Assembly: GCA_016199215.1 (NCBI GenBank)
Contig: JACQHB010000009.1
Location: 4,905 to 68,904, forward strand
Length of the DNA stretch: 64,000 nt
Origin: Candidatus Doudnabacteria bacterium
Lineage (GTDB): Bacteria > Patescibacteriota > Doudnabacteria > UBA920 > O2-02-FULL-48-8
Direction: 5' to 3'
Positions 39,922-50,784 of the stretch are shown here, one piece after another; the stretch's first letter is position 1; the number at the start of each line of letters is the position of its first letter. The position numbers were made by a program, and so were the translations under genes. The notes beneath the pieces are model-generated. The model searched no databases and was not told the DNA's origin. It was given only the letters and a program-made list of their open reading frames with translations.

Positions 39922-42900
39922 ATGGTTTTTAAAGGAAAAACGGCTAATTTAAGCCTAAATTTGACGAAAAAAGAACCGAAGCAGGCTGGCCGAAAATTTT
40001 TTACATCTTTTCGAGAAGTCATGAACATGCCGCACTTGATTGAGGCTCAACTTGCCTCATACAAGTGGTTTTTGGAAAAGGGGCTTAAGGAATTATTTGA
40101 GGAAATCAACTCCATAAAGGATTTCACCGGCAAGAACCTGGAGTTGTTTTTTCAGGATTATTATCTAGATAAGCCTAAATACGACGAAAAGACAGCCAAG
40201 GAGAGGAATACCACCTTCGAAGCACCTCTCTACGTTTCGGTTAAATTAGTCAATAAGGTCACCAATAAGACCAAGACCCAGGATGTTTACTTGGGTGATT
40301 TCCCCTTGATGACGCCGAGGGGCACTTTTGTAATTAACGGCGTTGAACGGGTCGTGGTTTCCCAGCTGGTCAAATCACCGGGCGCGTTTTTTACTGGGGA
40401 AACCTCCCGCGGCAGAAATTGGTATGGAGCCAAGATTATTCCCAACCGAGGCGCTTGGCTTGAAATTGAAACCGACATCAACGGGGTGTTGTCCGTGAAA
40501 ATCGACCGGAAACGGAGGATTCCCGTTACCGCGCTGCTTCGAGTTTTTAAATTTGAGTCGGATGAAGAGATCCTTTCTGCTTTTGCCGATGTCGATACCA
40601 ATCCCGACAGCCGATATATTCAGAATACTTTAGAAAAAGATCCTTCCAAAACCATTGACGAGGGGTTTAAGGAAGTTTATAAGCGCATCCGTCCAGGCGA
40701 TTTGGCAACAGTGGACAATGCCAAGTCTTTAATCGAAGCCATGTTTTTCCACGCTGACCGTTATGATTTATCAGAAGTCGGCCGCTACAAGCTTAATCAG
40801 CGATTGAACATAGTCGGCCGTGAAGAAAAGATTCTGACCAAACAGGATTTGGTGGATATTATTAAAGAAATCATCAAGCTGAACAACACCCAAGGGCCCT
40901 GGGACGATATTGATCACTTGGCAAACAGGCGGATCAAGGCCGTCGGCGAGTTGATTCAGGGGAAATTCAGGGTCGGGCTCGCCAGGATGAGCAGGATTGC
41001 CAAGGATCGCATGAGCCTGGCAGATATTGAAACAGTTACCCCCGCCCAGTTAATCCATGTCCGCCCGATTGTTGCCGTGATCCAAGAGTTTTTTTCTTCT
41101 TCCCAGCTTTCCCAATTCATGGACCAGACTAATCCCCTGGCCGAACTTGAGCATAAGCGCAGGCTTTCTGCCATGGGTCCAGGCGGCTTGTCTCGTGAGC
41201 GCGCCGGATTCGAAGTCCGTGACGTGCACCGCAGCCATTATGGCCGTCTTTGCCCGATTACCACGCCTGAAGGCCCAAACATCGGGTTGGTTGCGCATTT
41301 GGCAAGCTATGCAAGAATCAACGAATTTGGGTTTATCGAAACTCCTTACCGAAAAGTCAAAAAACTGGTTGCAAACGACGGGAAACAAGCGATCGGCCTT
41401 ATCGGAAGGGTTGATCTTAAAGACGAGAACGGTGGAATTGTTGTTCCCGCCGGGAGTCAGATTGGCAAGGAACAAGCAATCAGAATTGCAAACAATAAGT
41501 CCCTGCTTCAAGTCCCAACCAAACCTACGGTTACTGACGAGATTGAATATCTTGATGCTTATGAGGAAGAAGACGTGGTTATTGCCCAGGCCAATGTGGC
41601 AGTTGATGACCGCGACTATTTTGTAGATGAGAGAACTTCGGTTAGGGTGCACGCCGAACCTTCGATTGCTTCAACTGACGAGATTGATTATGTTGAAGTT
41701 TCGCCCAAGCAGATTATTTCCGTTACCACTTCCTTAATTCCTTTTTTGGAGCACGACGATGCCAACCGCGCCTTGATGGGATCGAACATGCAGAGGCAGG
41801 CTGTGTCCTGCATTAAGCCTGATGCCCCGGTTGTTGGCACTGGCGTTGAAAGGAAAGCGGCTTATGATTCGGGACAGGTCGTCATCGCCGAAAATGAAGG
41901 GACCGTGAGTTCAGTCAGCGGCGATAAAATAGTGATTTTGGAAAAAAATGGGAAAAAGAAAGAGTATTCTTTACAAAAATTTATCCGATCCAATACCTCC
42001 ACGTCCATCAACCAGCATCCGATTGTTAAAAAAGGCCAGGAGGTCAAAGCAGGGGAAGCGATCGCGGATGGCGCGGCGATTGATAACGGAGAATTGGCAT
42101 TGGGGCAGAATATGTTAGTGGCTTTTATGTCTTGGGAAGGCGGCAATTATGAGGACGCGATTTTAATCTCCTCCCGAATAGTGGAAAACGACCGCTATTC
42201 ATCGATCCACATTGAAGATTTTAAAGTGGACGTGCGGGATACGAAGCTTGGACCGGAAATCATCACTCGCGATATTCCAAACGTCGGCGAGGAAAAGCTT
42301 AAGGATTTGGACGAGAACGGGGTTATCCGAATTGGCGCCCAAGTCAAGGCTGGCGATATTTTGGTTGGGAAGATCACTCCAAAGGGAGAGACCGACTTAA
42401 CCGCCGAAGAAAAACTTCTGCGCGTGATTTTTGGCGAAAAATCACGCGACGTCAAAGATACTTCCCTAACCTTGCCGCATGGAGAGTACGGCAAAGTGGT
42501 TCATATCAGGGAATTTTCCAGGGAGCAGGGGGACAAACTTCCTTCTGGCGTGATTAAGTCTATTCAAGTTTCCGTAGCAGTGCTGCGTAAAATTCAGGTG
42601 GGAGACAAAATGGCCGGACGGCACGGCAATAAAGGGGTTATTTCCCAGGTGATTCCGCTTGAGAACATGCCGTTTATGTCCGATGGCACGCCGGTGGATA
42701 TTATTTTAAATCCTTTGGGAGTTGCTTCCCGTATGAATATAGGACAGATTTTGGAAACCCATTTGGGACTGGCCGCCAAGAAACTCGGCTACACAGTTGC
42801 TTCTCCTGCCTTGGACGGAGTGCCGGAAGAAGTGATCAAGCAGGAGCTTGCTCGCGCCGGATACCCGGAAGACGGCAAAGTAGTTTTGTTCGACGGCAAG

Positions 42901-43431
42901 TCAGGCGAGCAGTTTGCGGAAAAAGTCACAGTGGGGATTATTTACATGCTTAAACTGCATCATTTAGTGGACGACAAGATGCACGCCCGTTCCACCGGGC
43001 CTTACTCTTTGATTACCCAGCAGCCCTTGGGCGGCAAAGCCCAATTTGGCGGACAGCGGTTCGGAGAAATGGAAGTCTGGGCCTTGGAAGGCTATGGAGC
43101 GGCTCATACTCTGCAGGAAATGCTAACCATCAAATCCGATGACGTGGTTGGCCGGGCAAAGACTTACGAATCGATTGTCAAAGGCGAGGCGATTAAAAAG
43201 CCAAACGTGCCAGAGTCGTTCCGGGTTCTGGTTAAAGAATTAGAATCTCTTTGTTTGAACGTGGAACTGGTCGGGCAAAAATTAGCAGAGGATGCGGCAG
43301 GGGAGATCCGCGAGCTTGCCACGACTGACGAAAAGTTGCCTGAACTGGAACCAGTGGCGGCTGACAGCGATAAAGGAAAAAAGAAGTCCGCCAAAGGCGG
43401 ATCCGCCTCCGGCGGAAAAGGGAAGAAATAA
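39922..43431 (+). CDS. rpoB: RNA polymerase beta subunit
   Basis: [35 protein letters not shown] and GQRFGEME. Confidence 0.98.
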   Translation: MVFKGKTANLSLNLTKKEPKQAGRKFFTSFREVMNMPHLIEAQLASYKWFLEKGLKELFEEINSIKDFTGKNLELFFQDYYLDKPKYDEKTAKERNTTFEAPLYVSVKLVNKVTNKTKTQDVYLGDFPLMTPRGTFVINGVERVVVSQLVKSPGAFFTGETSRGRNWYGAKIIPNRGAWLEIETDINGVLSVKIDRKRRIPVTALLRVFKFESDEEILSAFADVDTNPDSRYIQNTLEKDPSKTIDEGFKEVYKRIRPGDLATVDNAKSLIEAMFFHADRYDLSEVGRYKLNQRLNIVGREEKILTKQDLVDIIKEIIKLNNTQGPWDDIDHLANRRIKAVGELIQGKFRVGLARMSRIAKDRMSLADIETVTPAQLIHVRPIVAVIQEFFSSSQLSQFMDQTNPLAELEHKRRLSAMGPGGLSRERAGFEVRDVHRSHYGRLCPITTPEGPNIGLVAHLASYARINEFGFIETPYRKVKKLVANDGKQAIGLIGRVDLKDENGGIVVPAGSQIGKEQAIRIANNKSLLQVPTKPTVTDEIEYLDAYEEEDVVIAQANVAVDDRDYFVDERTSVRVHAEPSIASTDEIDYVEVSPKQIISVTTSLIPFLEHDDANRALMGSNMQRQAVSCIKPDAPVVGTGVERKAAYDSGQVVIAENEGTVSSVSGDKIVILEKNGKKKEYSLQKFIRSNTSTSINQHPIVKKGQEVKAGEAIADGAAIDNGELALGQNMLVAFMSWEGGNYEDAILISSRIVENDRYSSIHIEDFKVDVRDTKLGPEIITRDIPNVGEEKLKDLDENGVIRIGAQVKAGDILVGKITPKGETDLTAEEKLLRVIFGEKSRDVKDTSLTLPHGEYGKVVHIREFSREQGDKLPSGVIKSIQVSVAVLRKIQVGDKMAGRHGNKGVISQVIPLENMPFMSDGTPVDIILNPLGVASRMNIGQILETHLGLAAKKLGYTVASPALDGVPEEVIKQELARAGYPEDGKVVLFDGKSGEQFAEKVTVGIIYMLKLHHLVDDKMHARSTGPYSLITQQPLGGKAQFGGQRFGEMEVWALEGYGAAHTLQEMLTIKSDDVVGRAKTYESIVKGEAIKKPNVPESFRVLVKELESLCLNVELVGQKLAEDAAGEIRELATTDEKLPELEPVAADSDKGKKKSAKGGSASGGKGKK
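43387..43416. repeat. Tandem TCCGCC-N3-GGCGGA palindromes in frame in the rpoB tail ([10 protein letters not shown])
   Basis: tccgccaaaggcggatccgcctccggcgga. Confidence 0.8.
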
Positions 43432-43433
43432 TT

Positions 43434-46400
43434 ATGGTAACTCAGACTGAAGAATTCAAGGCTGTCAGGCTCAAGCTTGCTTCCCCGCAGGATATTTTGA
43501 ACTGGTCGTATGGAGAAGTGACCAAGCCGGAAACAATCAACTATCGGACCCAGCGCCCGGAGAAAGATGGATTATTTGATGAGAAAATTTTTGGCCCGAT
43601 CAAAGACTGGGAGTGCTACTGCGGCAAATATAAGCGGATCCGCTATAAGGGGATCATTTGCGACAAGTGCGGAGTCGAAGTAACCCGCGCGTCAGTCCGG
43701 CGTGAGCGCATGGGCCACATCAAGCTGGCCGCGCCCGTGGCGCACATCTGGTTTTTGCGGGGAGTTCCTTCCCGCCTCGGCTTGGTTTTGGATTTGTCAG
43801 TGCAGGAGCTGGAAAAGGTGGTTTATTTCGCGGCATATATTATCACCAGCGTGGATGAAGATGCCCGGGCGGCTACGGTTGAGCAAATCGAGCGGGAATT
43901 TAAGAATAAGAAAAAAGAAATTGAAACCCGGTACGAAACTCTGATCAATCAGGCTAAGGGCAAGGTTAAGGCCGACGAAGAAAATTCGGAAGTTTTGAGG
44001 CTTGCTGAATTAAGCCAAAAAGAAAGCGAGCATTTGGAGTCAATTAGGGATTTGGCCAGATCAGAATTAAAAAGCATCAAAAAGTACCAGATTATTTCCG
44101 AATTGGAATACCGCGATTTGTCGTTGAAGTACGGACCTGTGTTCCAAGCAGGCATTGGCGCTGCCGCGATTGAACAGCTGGTGTCCGAAGTGGATTTGGA
44201 AGAGAAATTTAACGAGCTGCAGCGCGAGATGGCCACCGCGGAAGGGGTAAATAAGAGAAAAATCGTTCGAAGGCTGAAATTATTCAAATCTATGATTAGG
44301 GCACCGATCCGACCCGAGTGGATGATTATTTCAAATCTTCCGGTGATCCCACCTGATTTGCGGCCAATGGTGCAATTAGACGGCGGACGTTTTGCGGCTT
44401 CTGATTTGAACGACTTATATAGGCGCGTAATCAACCGCAACAATCGGCTGAAAAAACTTTTGGAAATCGGGGCGCCTGAAGTCATTACCAGAAACGAAAA
44501 GCGTATGCTGCAGGAGGCTGTGGACGCCTTAATCGATAATTCTATTAGACATGGTAAGGAAGTGACCGCCTCTACTGGCCAGAAGCGCAAATTGCGCTCT
44601 TTGGCTGACATGCTCAAGGGCAAGCAGGGCCGGTTCCGTCAAAATTTGCTGGGCAAACGTGTCGATTATTCAGGGCGGTCAGTGATCGTGGGCGGACCTA
44701 ACCTCAAGCTGCACCAGTGCGGATTGCCGAAGAAAATGGCATTAGAATTGTTCAAGCCGTTTGTCATTTCCAAATTGATTGGCCGGGAATATGCCCACAA
44801 TGTCAGATCGGCAAACCGCCTGATCGAACAGGGGATTACTGTTGTTTACGATATTTTGGAAGAAGTCACACGAGAGCATTATGTTTTGCTTAACCGCGCG
44901 CCGACTCTTCACCGCTTGGGCTTCCAGGCTTTCCTTCCGGTATTGATTGAAGGTAAGGCCATCCAGATCCATCCTTTAGTGTGTCCTGCTTTTAATGCGG
45001 ACTTTGACGGCGATCAGATGGCTGTGCACGTTTCATTGACCGCTCCCGCGCAGGAAGAGGCCAAGAACATCATGTTGTCCAGTAAAAACCTGCTGAAGCC
45101 CGCTTCCGGTGAGCCGATCATGGGCCCTAACCAGGACATGGTTTTGGGTTGTTACTGGTTGACCCGGATTCACCCTAACCAAAAAGGAGAAGGCAAGATT
45201 TTCGGAAGCGCTGAGGAGGCAATCTTGGCTTATAAATCAAATGCGGTTTCGCTTAAAGCCAAAGTAAAAATCAGGTTAGGCGAAGCATGGGGAAATAAGG
45301 GGTTAATCGAAACCTGCGTTGGCCGAGTCTTGTTCAATGAAGTCCTGCCAATCGAAATGCGTTTTGTCAACGATGTAATGGATAAAAAAAGCCTGCAGAA
45401 AGTGGTCCAGATTTGCTACCGTGATTATGGGATTGACCGGACCGCGACTTTGCTTGACGACATTAAGCGCATCGGCTTCCATTATGTGACCAAATCGGGT
45501 ATTTCCTGGGGGATGGATGATCTGCGGGTTCCGGAAATCAAGGCCGAACTGCTGCGAAAGGCTGACGAGGAAGTACTCAAATCTTTCGAGCAATTCCAGC
45601 AAGGGCTGCTGACTGCCCAGGAGCGGTCAAACCGGGTAATTGAAATTTGGGCGGAAGTCAGAGACAAAATTACTGAAGCCATAACCACTACTTTGGACGA
45701 ATTCGGCACGGTTTATCAGATGGTTAATTCCGGAGCCAGAGGTTCTGTGTCGCAGATCGCCCAAATGGCCGGCATGAAAGGTTTGGTCACCAACCCTGCC
45801 GGGGACGTGATCGAATTGCCTGCCAGAGATTCTTTCAAAGAAGGCTTGAACATTTTGGAATATTTCATCTCCACCCACGGCTCCCGAAAAGGTATGACTG
45901 ACACAGCGCTTAGAACCGCGGATGCCGGGTATCTAACCAGAAGACTGGTGGACGTTGCCCAGGACATTGTGGTAAACGCTGATGACTGCGGCGTTGCAGA
46001 CGGCCGTTTAATTACCCGGGCTTCTTCCGAGGCTTTAGGCCGTCCGCTTGCCCGAAGAATTTTTGGCCGGGCCTTAGCCAAAGACATTAAAGGTCCGGAC
46101 GGCAAGATTATTGCATCGGCCGGGGAGTTTATTGATGACAGGTTGGCTGAAAAAATTGACAAGTCTGGAGTGTCAGAAGTTGAAGTCAGGACTGTTCTTC
46201 GATGCACTTTAACCAGAGGGGTCTGCGCAAGATGCTACGGCTATGATTTGGGCTTTAATAAGCCGGTGGAATTAGGCGCGGCAGTCGGCATTGTGGCGGC
46301 TCAGGCAATTGGAGAACCGGGCACGCAGCTGACCATGAGAACTTTCCACACCGGCGGGATTGCCGGTTTGGACATCACTCAAGGTTTGCCCAGAGTCGAG

Positions 46401-47288
46401 GAATTGCTGGAAGCTCGCGAGCCTAAGGGACAGGCAGCAATCTCCGAGATTGATGGATTTGTCGCATCGGTAAAAAGCAGCAGCAAAGAATTGGTCATCA
46501 GAGTTGAAGCCAAGGATCTTGCCAAAGATGAATACGTTCTTCCGTCCGCCCAAAATCTTCAGTTAAAGGAAGGGGAAACCGTCAATGAGGGAGACCCATT
46601 GTTTATCGACGTGAAAGGAGAGACCATCCGAGCCAAGAACGCGGGAATTGTGCGAGTTGAGAGGAACAAACTCACCGTGATCCGCGAAGCCGAAAATTTC
46701 AAAGAATATTCAGTGCCGGCCGGGCTTGGTTCTATTGTCAAAGAAGGCGATTTGGTGGCCAAAGGCCAGCCTCTGACCGAAGGCAACCTCAACCTCAATC
46801 AAATATTTGGGCTTAACGGGATTGGAGCCTGCCAGGATTACTTGATAGCGGAAGTGCAGGAGATTTATGCTTCCCAGGGACAGAACGTAAATGAAAAGCA
46901 TATTGAAATTATTGTCAGGCAAATGTTTTCCAAGGTCCGAGTCACAGAATCCGGCAACACCGACTTATTGATGGGAGATATCATTGATAAATCAAGGATG
47001 GCCATGTCGAACAAGGCCTTGCAAGCAAATGCCAAACCGGCTGAAGCCGAACAGCTTCTTATGGGCATTACCAAATCTTCCCTGAACACGGAATCGTTTC
47101 TGGCAGCTGCTTCTTTCCAAGAAACCACAAGGGTACTGATTGAAGCCGCGGTTTCGGCAAAGACAGATTATTTGCGCGGATTGAAAGAAAACGTGATTAT
47201 CGGTAAACTGATTCCGGCAGGAACCGGCTATCGTCAGGAAGCGCTTGCGGAAAAAGAAGCAGACGAAGTCGCGGACAGCAGCCGGTAA
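43434..47288 (+). CDS. rpoC: RNA polymerase beta' subunit
   Basis: NADFDGD catalytic motif, Zn-finger cysteines and GEPGTQLTMRTFH. Confidence 0.98.
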   Translation: MVTQTEEFKAVRLKLASPQDILNWSYGEVTKPETINYRTQRPEKDGLFDEKIFGPIKDWECYCGKYKRIRYKGIICDKCGVEVTRASVRRERMGHIKLAAPVAHIWFLRGVPSRLGLVLDLSVQELEKVVYFAAYIITSVDEDARAATVEQIEREFKNKKKEIETRYETLINQAKGKVKADEENSEVLRLAELSQKESEHLESIRDLARSELKSIKKYQIISELEYRDLSLKYGPVFQAGIGAAAIEQLVSEVDLEEKFNELQREMATAEGVNKRKIVRRLKLFKSMIRAPIRPEWMIISNLPVIPPDLRPMVQLDGGRFAASDLNDLYRRVINRNNRLKKLLEIGAPEVITRNEKRMLQEAVDALIDNSIRHGKEVTASTGQKRKLRSLADMLKGKQGRFRQNLLGKRVDYSGRSVIVGGPNLKLHQCGLPKKMALELFKPFVISKLIGREYAHNVRSANRLIEQGITVVYDILEEVTREHYVLLNRAPTLHRLGFQAFLPVLIEGKAIQIHPLVCPAFNADFDGDQMAVHVSLTAPAQEEAKNIMLSSKNLLKPASGEPIMGPNQDMVLGCYWLTRIHPNQKGEGKIFGSAEEAILAYKSNAVSLKAKVKIRLGEAWGNKGLIETCVGRVLFNEVLPIEMRFVNDVMDKKSLQKVVQICYRDYGIDRTATLLDDIKRIGFHYVTKSGISWGMDDLRVPEIKAELLRKADEEVLKSFEQFQQGLLTAQERSNRVIEIWAEVRDKITEAITTTLDEFGTVYQMVNSGARGSVSQIAQMAGMKGLVTNPAGDVIELPARDSFKEGLNILEYFISTHGSRKGMTDTALRTADAGYLTRRLVDVAQDIVVNADDCGVADGRLITRASSEALGRPLARRIFGRALAKDIKGPDGKIIASAGEFIDDRLAEKIDKSGVSEVEVRTVLRCTLTRGVCARCYGYDLGFNKPVELGAAVGIVAAQAIGEPGTQLTMRTFHTGGIAGLDITQGLPRVEELLEAREPKGQAAISEIDGFVASVKSSSKELVIRVEAKDLAKDEYVLPSAQNLQLKEGETVNEGDPLFIDVKGETIRAKNAGIVRVERNKLTVIREAENFKEYSVPAGLGSIVKEGDLVAKGQPLTEGNLNLNQIFGLNGIGACQDYLIAEVQEIYASQGQNVNEKHIEIIVRQMFSKVRVTESGNTDLLMGDIIDKSRMAMSNKALQANAKPAEAEQLLMGITKSSLNTESFLAAASFQETTRVLIEAAVSAKTDYLRGLKENVIIGKLIPAGTGYRQEALAEKEADEVADSSR

Positions 47289-47297
47289 ATTTGAATT

Positions 47298-47325
47298 AAA
47301 AAAAGAGCCTTAAAGGCTCTTTTTT
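47298..47325. terminator. Bidirectional terminator between rpoC and valS
   Basis: aaaaagagcct-taa-aggctcttttt. Confidence 0.8.
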
Positions 47326-49463
47326 GTTGGGTTTTTTCTTGCTGTCTTAATCGGCCATTTTCGGACCATTAGAAGATCTTTATGCTCAAGTTGCCAGACA
47401 GCTTCCGTCACAAAAGGCATAAAGGGATGAAGCATCACAAGGGAATCGTTTAAAATTTCATTCAGAAGCCTTTGCGCTGACGTGCGAAGTTTTGGCTCGG
47501 CTAATTTGGCCTTTGATTCTTCAATGATTTTATCCGCGAATGTGTGCCAGAAGTAGTGGTAGAGATCTTCAGCGGCGTGGGCAAAATCGAATTTCTCCAT
47601 TTTTTTAGTGACATTCCTGGCAAACTCCTCAAATTCGGAGAGGGTTTTTTTGTCTGCTTCGTTAAGTTTGGCCTGTTCGTCCGCGTCATACGAACTTTGG
47701 ATTACAAAACGTGAGGCATTCCATATTTTGTTGGCAAAATTACGGTAGCCCTTCACTTTCATCTCATCGTATTTGCTGTCATTGCCAGGACCGACCCCGA
47801 CTACCAAAGCCATGCGCAGGGCATCAGCTCCGTATTTATCAATTACTTCCACTGGGTCGATTCCATTGTCCAAGGATTTGCTGAACTTGCGGCCTTGAAT
47901 ATCGCGGACGATCCCGTGGAGGTAAACAGTTTTGAACGGAATTTCTTCAAGCAGAAAAGTGCTCATCAGGATCATGCGCGCAACCCAGAAGAACAGGATT
48001 TCATATCCGGGGGCCATGACATCTGTCGGGTGGAAGGCTTTGAGATCAGAAGTTTCCTTGGGCCAGCCAAGGGTTGAGAAGGTCCAAAGCGCTGAAGAAA
48101 ACCAGGTATCCAGGGTGTCTTCGTCCTGTTCCCAACCAGAATCTTTTGGAGATTCGACATCGCAGTAGATTTGGTCTCCTTTGTACCATACCGGGATCCT
48201 GTGGCCATACCAAAGTTGCCTGCTGATATTCCAATCCCGCAGATTGTCAATCCAGTGGAAATATATTTTTTCAAAGCGTTCAGGAAGGATTTTGATTTTG
48301 CCTGAAGCCACAGCGTCGTGCATGAGCTCTTTCAAACTTTTGACTTTTGACTTTTGGCTTTTGACTTTCTTCTTTACATCCACAAACCATTGCAGTTTTG
48401 GCAGGGGTTCGATAATCCCCCCGCTGCGCTCTGCCGTGGAAATGTTCATGTCTATTTTTTCGGTTTTTTCCAGCAGGCTTTGTTCGTTAAGCCAGCTGAC
48501 CACAATCTCCCGGGCTTCTTTGGTTTTTTTGCCGACTGCTAAGGATCCTGCCTGCTGGGTCATCTTGGCGTATTCATTGATGATTTGAATTGCCGGAAGA
48601 TTGTGCCGCTGCGCGATTTCGTAATCGGCAATGCTGTGAGCAGGAGTGACACCAACAGCGCCTGTGCCAAAGTCAGGATCTACAGTTTCATCAGCAACGA
48701 TTTTAAGATGAAGTTTGGCTCCGGCAAATTCCAGATCAAACTCTTGCCCGACATAAGCTTTATACCGCTTGTCCTTTGGGTGAACAGCTACGGCAGTATC
48801 CCCAAGTTTTGTTTCAGGTCTAGTAGTGGCAATTGTAATTGGGAAATCTTTGGAGTATTTAAAATAAAACAGTTGTCCCAATTCTTGCTTGTAAACCACT
48901 TCATCATCAGAAACCGCAGTCTGTCCTTTCGGATCCCAGTTGATTACCCTGATTCCGCGGTAGATAAGCCCGGCGTCAAACATCCGTTTGAAGGCCGTGC
49001 GAACAGCCAAGTTTCTGGTTTCATCAAAAGTGAATGCTTCGCGGCTCCAATCAGCAGACGCTCCAACTTTCCGCAACTGATTTTGGATTGTGCCCCGACT
49101 TGCCGCGACAAATTCTTCAACTTTTGCAATAAACGCTTCCCTCCCAATATCATGCCGGTTTTTGCCTTCCTCTTTGGTTAGAATTTTTTCCACCTTTGTG
49201 TTTGTGGCAATTGCCGCATGGTCGGTCCCAGGGAGCCATAATGCTTTTTCGCCTTTCATCCGATGATATCTGATCATGATATCTTGGATGGAGGATTCAA
49301 AAGCATGGCCAATGTGCAAAGTCCCCGTGGCATTCGGCGGGGGCATCATTATGGCAAAAGGCTTTCCAGAAAGATTGTCTGGATTAAAATATCCGGACAT
49401 CTCCCATATTTTATAAATGTCGGGTTCTTTTTTTTGATCGTAAGTTGTTGTAATTTCTTTCAT
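47310..49463 (-). CDS. valS: Valine--tRNA ligase (no C-terminal coiled coil)
   Basis: PPPNATGTLHIGH, PGTDHA, DWNISRQLW, DTWFSS and KFSKS. Confidence 0.95.
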   Translation of the reverse strand: MKEITTTYDQKKEPDIYKIWEMSGYFNPDNLSGKPFAIMMPPPNATGTLHIGHAFESSIQDIMIRYHRMKGEKALWLPGTDHAAIATNTKVEKILTKEEGKNRHDIGREAFIAKVEEFVAASRGTIQNQLRKVGASADWSREAFTFDETRNLAVRTAFKRMFDAGLIYRGIRVINWDPKGQTAVSDDEVVYKQELGQLFYFKYSKDFPITIATTRPETKLGDTAVAVHPKDKRYKAYVGQEFDLEFAGAKLHLKIVADETVDPDFGTGAVGVTPAHSIADYEIAQRHNLPAIQIINEYAKMTQQAGSLAVGKKTKEAREIVVSWLNEQSLLEKTEKIDMNISTAERSGGIIEPLPKLQWFVDVKKKVKSQKSKVKSLKELMHDAVASGKIKILPERFEKIYFHWIDNLRDWNISRQLWYGHRIPVWYKGDQIYCDVESPKDSGWEQDEDTLDTWFSSALWTFSTLGWPKETSDLKAFHPTDVMAPGYEILFFWVARMILMSTFLLEEIPFKTVYLHGIVRDIQGRKFSKSLDNGIDPVEVIDKYGADALRMALVVGVGPGNDSKYDEMKVKGYRNFANKIWNASRFVIQSSYDADEQAKLNEADKKTLSEFEEFARNVTKKMEKFDFAHAAEDLYHYFWHTFADKIIEESKAKLAEPKLRTSAQRLLNEILNDSLVMLHPFMPFVTEAVWQLEHKDLLMVRKWPIKTARKNPTKKSL

Positions 49464-49806
49464 CGGCGTTGCGCTTTCTTCTTCCTATTTACTAAAAAAG
49501 AGGGTCCCTAAAGGGATGCCTCAAGAGTCCACTGCGGACGGTTCCATCTTGATTCCTTGCTCTTTTCTGTTATAATTATAAACCCACTAAGGGCAAGGCT
49601 CTTAATTGCGCAAGATAACGGATTGCGTCCGGCAGGGTCTATTAATAGCTTAATTTGGCCATATTCTTCCTGCAGCGCCGTAAAATACGGAAACAAAGTG
49701 ACAGCTTTGTAATTCGCTTTTGCTGATTGAAAAATCCGTTTTAAGTATAGTTAAAGCCGATCTTTCAGTCAAACAAAAACCAACATCTAACCAGTGAGGA
49801 GGACAC

Positions 49807-50784
49807 ATGGCGAAGAATGTTGTCACCAGCCCTTTTCATTGGCGAAGGGCATTCCAGAGGGTTCGAGAACGGTTCGGCTTGAGTTCTTGGCAAATCGTGG
49901 CTCTGCATGAGATATTCGATGAGCTGGAAGAAACTGAGAGGCAGGAGAGAAATCAGGACCTGGACAACGAGCGCGCTCGCATTAATCTTGAGCATGAGGA
50001 AGCATTCCAAAAGCTCCAAGAGATTTTGTCGGGCCTGTTTTTAAGCTTCGAGCGGCAAACTGTAGACCTGTCGAAGGAAAGGGAAGAGAACATCGCCCTG
50101 AATAGGATTCTCGACCAGAAAGTGCGCGAGAATCAGGTTCTGCGGAAACTGATAAATCGGTATGATCAGGACCGAATTTCGAAGCTCCACACGCTCGGAA
50201 TCACGCGCCAGGCTTGCGAGGAATACATTGTCGACCCAAACGTCGCGTCGTTGCTCCTGGTATTCCTGGATGTCAACGACTTCAAGAGTAGGATCAACTT
50301 CGAGTTCGGAAGGCCGGTTGGGACTCAGGTGATCAGGGCAGTCGGCAGGATGATCGGCCAGCTGACGCGGGGAATCGACGTAAAAGGCAGGACCATTTCA
50401 GAGCCGGGTTCCTTGAACGCATCACGCTGGGGAGGCGACGAATTCGTTATCATCGCCCCGCTCAAGTCCGAAGACCTTCCGTTTCAGTTGATCCGAAGGA
50501 TACGGGATCACCTCGAAGACCCAGAGTATCAGGCCAATTGTGGCGTGTCGTTACCGTTTAGCTTGAGGTTCTCTATCGGCGCTGTACACTATATCCTGCC
50601 TAAGGATCGGTACGCTTTGCCGCCAGAGACGCAATATGACAAGTTGATAGACGCGGCTGATGCGCTTACTGATGTTTCCAAGGAAAAAAAGCCGGACACT
50701 CACACTTGCCTGCTGCGGGCCAGGCTTGAGCGGGAAGACGATGGGGAGTTGGACCTGGCGGGGACACTCGTCACTTTTACATAG
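49807..50784 (+). CDS. Coiled-coil plus GGDEF-domain protein (dinucleotide cyclase)
   Basis: FLDVNDFK, RWGGDEF, FSIG and AAD; SD gaggagg upstream. Confidence 0.85.
   Translation: MAKNVVTSPFHWRRAFQRVRERFGLSSWQIVALHEIFDELEETERQERNQDLDNERARINLEHEEAFQKLQEILSGLFLSFERQTVDLSKEREENIALNRILDQKVRENQVLRKLINRYDQDRISKLHTLGITRQACEEYIVDPNVASLLLVFLDVNDFKSRINFEFGRPVGTQVIRAVGRMIGQLTRGIDVKGRTISEPGSLNASRWGGDEFVIIAPLKSEDLPFQLIRRIRDHLEDPEYQANCGVSLPFSLRFSIGAVHYILPKDRYALPPETQYDKLIDAADALTDVSKEKKPDTHTCLLRARLEREDDGELDLAGTLVTFT

Noticed and set aside
49464-49806. c-di-GMP/cGAMP riboswitch upstream of the GGDEF gene
   Set aside because: No GEMM-like two-hairpin pattern recognised by eye; an Infernal scan would be needed.
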